Shown here piece after piece: positions 27,787 through 32,683 of a stretch of DNA of 32,683 nt. The stretch lies in the NCBI GenBank assembly GCA_014383885.1, contig JACNGX010000031.1:1-32683 (forward strand), given 5' to 3'. The notes below the pieces were generated by a model. The model worked only from the letters and a program-made list of their open reading frames with translations. It ran no database searches and was not told the origin of the DNA. Origin of the DNA: Parcubacteria group bacterium (GTDB lineage Bacteria > Patescibacteriota > Minisyncoccia > Phycocordibacterales > JACNGX01). Each line of letters begins with the position of its first letter. Position 1 is the stretch's first letter. Position numbers and translations under genes: made by a program.

Positions 27787-29043
27787 TCAGCGCCACGATA
27801 CTTTTCGTGAAGCAAGTGTTTTATACAGAGCAACGGTATTCCATGAGAGAGCGACAATGCCATAAATAAGAAGAAAGAGAACAATGTCGGGAGAAAATCG
27901 CATCTTTTCTCCGGCGAGTTTTTTGCCAATGAGGATGAGTACAATAGTGAGAATCATCACAAAGACTGAAAGAAAGAGAAGTGCATCGGTATTGAAGAAA
28001 AACCAGTCCGGAGAGGTGAGTGAGGCGGGAACGTCAACGCCGACAGTACGAATACGAGAAATACCTTTTGCGAGCGACGTGCTTGTTGAGGAAATGAGTG
28101 TGCTGAAAAGTACAAACGATCCGATAAGAAAAACAACTGCCGACGGCAACATAAGGAGTGAAAGATCACCATAACGTGGTGTGAAAAAGAGATGTTTGTA
28201 ATCACGGGCATTGTTCAAAAAACCATATATCCAACGAAGGCGTTGTTTGAAAAGTCCTTTGGGATCAGCTGGACCGACAGTATACACATACGCATCATGG
28301 CGATTGGCGATTGTATAGTGATGTGATTGCATGCGCATGGCGTATTCCATGTCTTCGGTCAGATAGGCGTGTTTGTATTCTCCGAGAGATTTGAATACTT
28401 CGGTGCGGATAAAAGAAAACGGTCCGGGGATGACATAGAGCGCGCCCATCGCAGCGCTGGTCTTTCGCATAAAAATGGCAAAAAAGTATTCGGTGCGTTG
28501 CAGGACACGTGCAAGAGTATTGGCATTGTGAATAGTCATTGCTGGCGTGACCGCTTTTGTTTCCGGTTCTTTGAGGAAGGTGTCGACGATACGCATAAGT
28601 GCTTCTGTATGCACAAATGAATCAGCGTCGAGAAGGCCGACAAGATCGCTTTTCACATGCTCAAGCCCGAGATTCACAGCGGTGTGTTTGCCACCGTTTT
28701 CTTTTTGGAAGAGGGTAATTTGCGGATGACTGTTATATGTCTGAATAATATTCCAGGTGCCGTCGGTACTGCCGTCGTCGATAATAAAAATGTCCAGCTT
28801 CTCTTTCGGATAATTGAGATTCAGGAGAGAATCGATGGTGCCTTTGACGGTCGTTTCCTCATTCCAACATGGGACGATAATGGTGGCAGAGGGAAGGTTT
28901 TCAGGGCGCGTATAATCAACCCCTTTCTTTTCTTTTGATTCCTTTTTTGTCCAGTCTTCGAAAAAAGAGATAAGGAAATACACCTCCAGAAAGAGAGAGA
29001 TGAAAAGTAAGATATATGTGACGACCAGAATAAAGCTAGACAT
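27787..29043 (-). CDS. processive GT2 glycosyltransferase (PgaC/IcaA/cellulose-synthase-like)
   Basis: IVPCWNE, DDGSTD, GGK, DAD, TED, QRLRW motifs plus TM helices. Confidence 0.92.
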   Translation of the reverse strand: MSSFILVVTYILLFISLFLEVYFLISFFEDWTKKESKEKKGVDYTRPENLPSATIIVPCWNEETTVKGTIDSLLNLNYPKEKLDIFIIDDGSTDGTWNIIQTYNSHPQITLFQKENGGKHTAVNLGLEHVKSDLVGLLDADSFVHTEALMRIVDTFLKEPETKAVTPAMTIHNANTLARVLQRTEYFFAIFMRKTSAAMGALYVIPGPFSFIRTEVFKSLGEYKHAYLTEDMEYAMRMQSHHYTIANRHDAYVYTVGPADPKGLFKQRLRWIYGFLNNARDYKHLFFTPRYGDLSLLMLPSAVVFLIGSFVLFSTLISSTSTSLAKGISRIRTVGVDVPASLTSPDWFFFNTDALLFLSVFVMILTIVLILIGKKLAGEKMRFSPDIVLFLLIYGIVALSWNTVALYKTLASRKVSWR

Positions 29044-29117
29044 GTATCTAACAATAGAGCAAAAGAGAGAAAAAGACAATCTCGCACCGTATACCCTTTT
29101 GTGCTATGCTTTTTTGT

Positions 29118-29849
29118 ATGGAAACAAAGGAAAACTCTCATATGCATCCGCTCACGCGCGTGATAAACGATAGCACTCGCGCATTTGTGGAGCTTAGATT
29201 TGAGGTGGCGACAGGGCCGGAATTGGAGGATGGCTATCACAATTTTGACGCGCTCAATGTGCCAAAGAATCATCCGGCGCGCGATATGCAAGATACGTTT
29301 TGGATAAAAGGCATGGAGAATATGCTTCTTCGCACGCATACATCACCGGTGCAGGCGCGATATATGGAGAACCATGAGCCGCCGTTTGCTATTGTGGTGC
29401 CGGGGAAGGTCTTCCGCAATGAAGCAACTGATATGACTCATGAGGTGCAATTTTTTCAAACGGAAGGGTTGGTTGTAGGGGAAAATATCTCTCTCGCAAA
29501 TCTCAAATGGACACTAGAGCACTTCCTAAAAAAGCTCTTTGGTGACGATATCGCCATTCAGCTTCGTCCGGGATATTTTCCGTTTGTGGAGCCAGGGGTT
29601 GAGATTGATATGCGCTGTTTTCGATGCGGGGGAAGCGGGTGTCCGTCGTGTAAGGGTTCAGGATGGATTGAGATTCTCGGTGCTGGTATGGTACATCCAA
29701 ATGTGCTCCGTGCCGGTGGCATTGATCCAGACGTATGGCAGGGGTTTGCATTTGGTATTGGCGTTGATCGTATTGCCATGCTGCGCTACGGCATTCCCGA
29801 TGTAAGGTTGCTGTATAGTGGGGATCTTCGTATCAGTGATCAATTCTGA
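29118..29849 (+). CDS. pheS: phenylalanine-tRNA ligase alpha subunit (catalytic core only)
   Basis: NFDALN...HPARDMQDTF, LLRTHTSPVQ, YFPFVEP, GAGMVHP, GFAFGIG.DR. Confidence 0.97.
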   Translation: METKENSHMHPLTRVINDSTRAFVELRFEVATGPELEDGYHNFDALNVPKNHPARDMQDTFWIKGMENMLLRTHTSPVQARYMENHEPPFAIVVPGKVFRNEATDMTHEVQFFQTEGLVVGENISLANLKWTLEHFLKKLFGDDIAIQLRPGYFPFVEPGVEIDMRCFRCGGSGCPSCKGSGWIEILGAGMVHPNVLRAGGIDPDVWQGFAFGIGVDRIAMLRYGIPDVRLLYSGDLRISDQF

Positions 29850-30019
29850 GAAATGACGAATTACGAATAACGCGAATATACGAATACACAATATCACTTT
29901 TAATTTGTATGTTACGCCATTGTGGAATATAACGCTGTGTATGAAAATCGTAAGTCCGGAGCAAATGTATAGTGCATTCGTATATTCGTATCATATTCGT
30001 AATTCGTAATGTATAGCTT

Positions 30020-31978
30020 ATGCTCGTATCCTACAACAAACTCCAAACATACTTTTCCGAACCGCTGCTAAAGCCGGTTGATTTGAAAGACGTGCTGACT
30101 CGTCGGGCGTTTGAAGTGGAAGAAATATATGAGAAAAATAGCGACACGCTCATCGATATTGATGTCTTACCTAATCGTGCTCACGATTGTCTTTCGCACC
30201 GTGGTATTGCCAAAGAGATTGCCGTATTGACCGGGCTTGCATATGCAGAACCAGAGACTATTTCTGTGTCGGAAGACATCACCGCAACGATTGACGTTGA
30301 TGTGCGGGAACCGCGTTTGTGCAGGCGGTATATGGGGCGTGTGGTGGAAGGTGTGGCTGTGGTTTCGACACCTGAGGAAGGGAAAGTGTTTCTTGAAAAT
30401 CGTGGAGACCGTTCTATTAACAATATCGTGGATGCTACCAATGTGACACTTTTTGATATCGGTCAGCCACTCCACGCGTTTGACGCCGATAAAGTGGAAG
30501 GGGGCATTGTCGTTCGCCATGCCGAAAAGGGGGAGCGTATGACTACACTCGACGGAAAAGAGCTTGAGCTTTCTGAAAAAGATGTGGTGATTGCCGATCA
30601 AGGAGGCGTGCTTGCTCTTGCTGGCGTGAAAGGAGGAAGGAAAGCCGAGGTGAATGAAGGGACGACACGCATCATTCTTGAATCAGCGAACTTTGATCCC
30701 GTTTCTGTGCGGAAGAGCGCGAATCGACACGGCATCAAAACAGACGCGTCAAAACGCTTTGAAAATGAGCTGTCTGCTGAGACGGCACGTGTTGGCATGA
30801 ATGAAGTGTCAGCGCTCATTAAGGAATGGATACCGAAAAGTGTCTTTGGTCCCATGACAGACGTGTATCCGAATCCGGAAGAAGATGTAAAAGTGGAAAT
30901 GTCGCTCGAGAAGATCAACAGTATTCTTGGCTCCACCATAGCTACTGAGACCGTGGAGGAGATTTTTGGTAAGCTTCATTTTGCATATAAAAAAGAAGGG
31001 GGTGTGTATACGGTGACACCGCCGAAAGAGCGTTTGGATATTCGTATCGCCGAGGACGTGGCGGAAGAAGTGGGGCGTGTGTATGGATATGAACATATTG
31101 TGGGTGTGCCGCTCCCGACACTTCCTGAGTCGGTGGTGGAGAAAGAGTTTTTCTTCATAAATCGCATCAGACAGGAGCTTTCGCGTGCGGGATATACCGA
31201 GATTATGACATCGTCGTTTCGCGCGAAGGGTGAGATGGAGGTGACATACCCTGCGGCGAGCGATAAGGGTTTTTTGCGTTCTACGCTTATGGATATGATG
31301 CAGGATCGGCTTGTCTTCAACGCGCGCAATACCACTCTTTTTGGAAAAGATGATGTGCGTCTCTTTGAAATTGGGCACGTCTTTGATAGAGAAAGAGGAG
31401 AGCGACTCATGTGCGTCCTTGGTGTGGTGTATCCGAATATGAAGCCGGGGAAGGCAACGGAGAAGGCGAAAAGTGATGTGAAAGATATAGTGGCCGCGAT
31501 TGCCTATAACTGTGGTGGAGATGAAGAGATGATGGATGCAAAGTATATTTCTTTAACGAGTGGGGTTGTTTCGCAAGATGGGGCAAATCTTTTTGGTGGT
31601 CATATAGTTGAGTTGGATCTCGGCGCATTTATAGACAAGCTTGAAACGCCTGCCGGATACGGCAACGTGCTCGATACGCCAAATGATATCCCGGTGTATA
31701 CAGATTTTTCAGTGTATCCTTTTATGACCCGCGACGTGGCATTTTGGACACCGGGCGATGTCTCGGAAGAGGAGGCACGAAAAGAGGTGACGGGAGAGGG
31801 GGATGAACTTCTCGTGCGCACGGATCTTTTTGATGTCTTTGAAAAAGAAGGACGTACATCGTATGCGTTTCGTATGGTGTTTCAGGCAATGGATCGCACG
31901 CTCACCGATGAAGAGGTGAATAAAATCATGAACGATGTCTACGCACATATTGAAGCGAGGGGGTGGGAAGTACGATAA
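30020..31978 (+). CDS. pheT: phenylalanine-tRNA ligase beta subunit (no B2 OB-fold)
   Basis: PNRAHDCLSHRGIAKE, GQPLHAFD, ILESANF, RLDI..AEDVAEEVGR..GY, C-terminal FDX-ACB (RDVAF...RTLTDEEV). Confidence 0.96.
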   Translation: MLVSYNKLQTYFSEPLLKPVDLKDVLTRRAFEVEEIYEKNSDTLIDIDVLPNRAHDCLSHRGIAKEIAVLTGLAYAEPETISVSEDITATIDVDVREPRLCRRYMGRVVEGVAVVSTPEEGKVFLENRGDRSINNIVDATNVTLFDIGQPLHAFDADKVEGGIVVRHAEKGERMTTLDGKELELSEKDVVIADQGGVLALAGVKGGRKAEVNEGTTRIILESANFDPVSVRKSANRHGIKTDASKRFENELSAETARVGMNEVSALIKEWIPKSVFGPMTDVYPNPEEDVKVEMSLEKINSILGSTIATETVEEIFGKLHFAYKKEGGVYTVTPPKERLDIRIAEDVAEEVGRVYGYEHIVGVPLPTLPESVVEKEFFFINRIRQELSRAGYTEIMTSSFRAKGEMEVTYPAASDKGFLRSTLMDMMQDRLVFNARNTTLFGKDDVRLFEIGHVFDRERGERLMCVLGVVYPNMKPGKATEKAKSDVKDIVAAIAYNCGGDEEMMDAKYISLTSGVVSQDGANLFGGHIVELDLGAFIDKLETPAGYGNVLDTPNDIPVYTDFSVYPFMTRDVAFWTPGDVSEEEARKEVTGEGDELLVRTDLFDVFEKEGRTSYAFRMVFQAMDRTLTDEEVNKIMNDVYAHIEARGWEVR

Positions 31979-32191
31979 AATATTTTACCACTGTCATCCC
32001 GCACTCGAAGCGGGATTTCGGTGTATGCGGCACAGAACAGGGAGGTTTTTAGTTGGTAGTTTTTAGTTTTTAGAAGGCGCGGCTTGCGCCGCGCCTGAGA
32101 AAACAATATCCAGCGGCGCCTTTGGTACCGATATGTGATACAAAAAAACCGGACGCAGGGTGCGTCCGGCGAAAGTGGTATCAGGAGGTGC

Positions 32192-32506
32192 TTACATTGA
32201 GTAAGTCCCCCACCTCCTCCTGTCTGTTGCGGAGTAATGCACACGCAGCGCTTTACGCCACACTTTGACGTGCGCGCGCATGAGTACCAGAAAAACTATA
32301 ATGGCACTAACGTGCCAGTACTCAATGGCGGTGACGATCAAGCTCGCAAGTCCCCAGAAGAAAAACAAAACCAGAAAAATGGTTAATAAAAAAGAGATTA
32401 GGGAAGCGAGAAACTTTTCTCCCGCCTTGAGCACCCCCCCAACCGCTACTGCGCAGGGGTCAACGTCCTCGACGTTGACAGGAGTGGCCAATATTTCCTC
32501 GGACAT
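32192..32506 (-). CDS. hypothetical small membrane protein
   Basis: Two hydrophobic segments; start uncertain (32506, 32524 or 32632). Confidence 0.5.
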   Translation of the reverse strand: MSEEILATPVNVEDVDPCAVAVGGVLKAGEKFLASLISFLLTIFLVLFFFWGLASLIVTAIEYWHVSAIIVFLVLMRAHVKVWRKALRVHYSATDRRRWGTYSM

Positions 32507-32578
32507 TCTCTTTTTTGCTCTCATTACATTCTCCGATGTGTATCCCGAAGGGATACGGTTTTTTGAATCGTTACTTCT

Positions 32579-32678
32579 CCACTCCCCACCTTTAAATACG
32601 AAGACATGTGGTACACTTGTCACATATGCCACTCCTCACCTTTAAATACGAAGACATGTGGTACACTTGTCACATATG
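32579..32678 (+). repeat. 50-bp tandem duplication (2 copies, 1 mismatch)
   Basis: ccactccYcacctttaaatacgaagacatgtggtacacttgtcacatatg x2. Confidence 0.9.
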
Positions 32679-32683
32679 GCGAA

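Noticed and set aside
32579-32683. CRISPR array
   Set aside because: Units are directly adjacent with no unique spacers, and there are no cas genes.

Overview
Bacterial chromosomal segment that looks like Patescibacteria/CPR (Parcubacteria-like). This is inferred from trimmed PheS, PheT and RF1, a tRNA-Ile(UAU), leaderless-type promoters and hairpin-rich intergenic DNA. Core genes are recG, clpB, mscL, pfkB-family kinase, class II fba, rplY, rpmE, prfA, rpsB, tsf, pheS, pheT, a GT2 glycosyltransferase and five intact tRNAs (Ile-UAU, Ser-GCU, Tyr-GUA, Trp-CCA, Thr-UGU). The main accessory feature is an AT-rich, integrase-less defence cassette at tRNA-Ser (3098-10436). It carries an XRE regulator, a Dam/DpnM methylase, a DpnII-type endonuclease, a second methylase, a membrane-anchored HerA-type ATPase and a dead IS903-like element. 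The cargo is bounded by perfect 265-bp inverted repeats. These sit inside ~225-bp structured direct repeats showing compensatory changes, which sit inside an inverted pair of the tRNA-Ser 3' end. Both inverted-repeat ends replace the tRNA 3' sequence at the same GG/CC dinucleotide, as hybrid att sites would. Also notable: a tRNA-Lys(UUU) 5' half broken at the anticodon loop with a CCA-encoding tRNA-Ile(UAU) directly behind it, a lone phage-type HNH gene after tRNA-Trp, and several intergenic repeat families.
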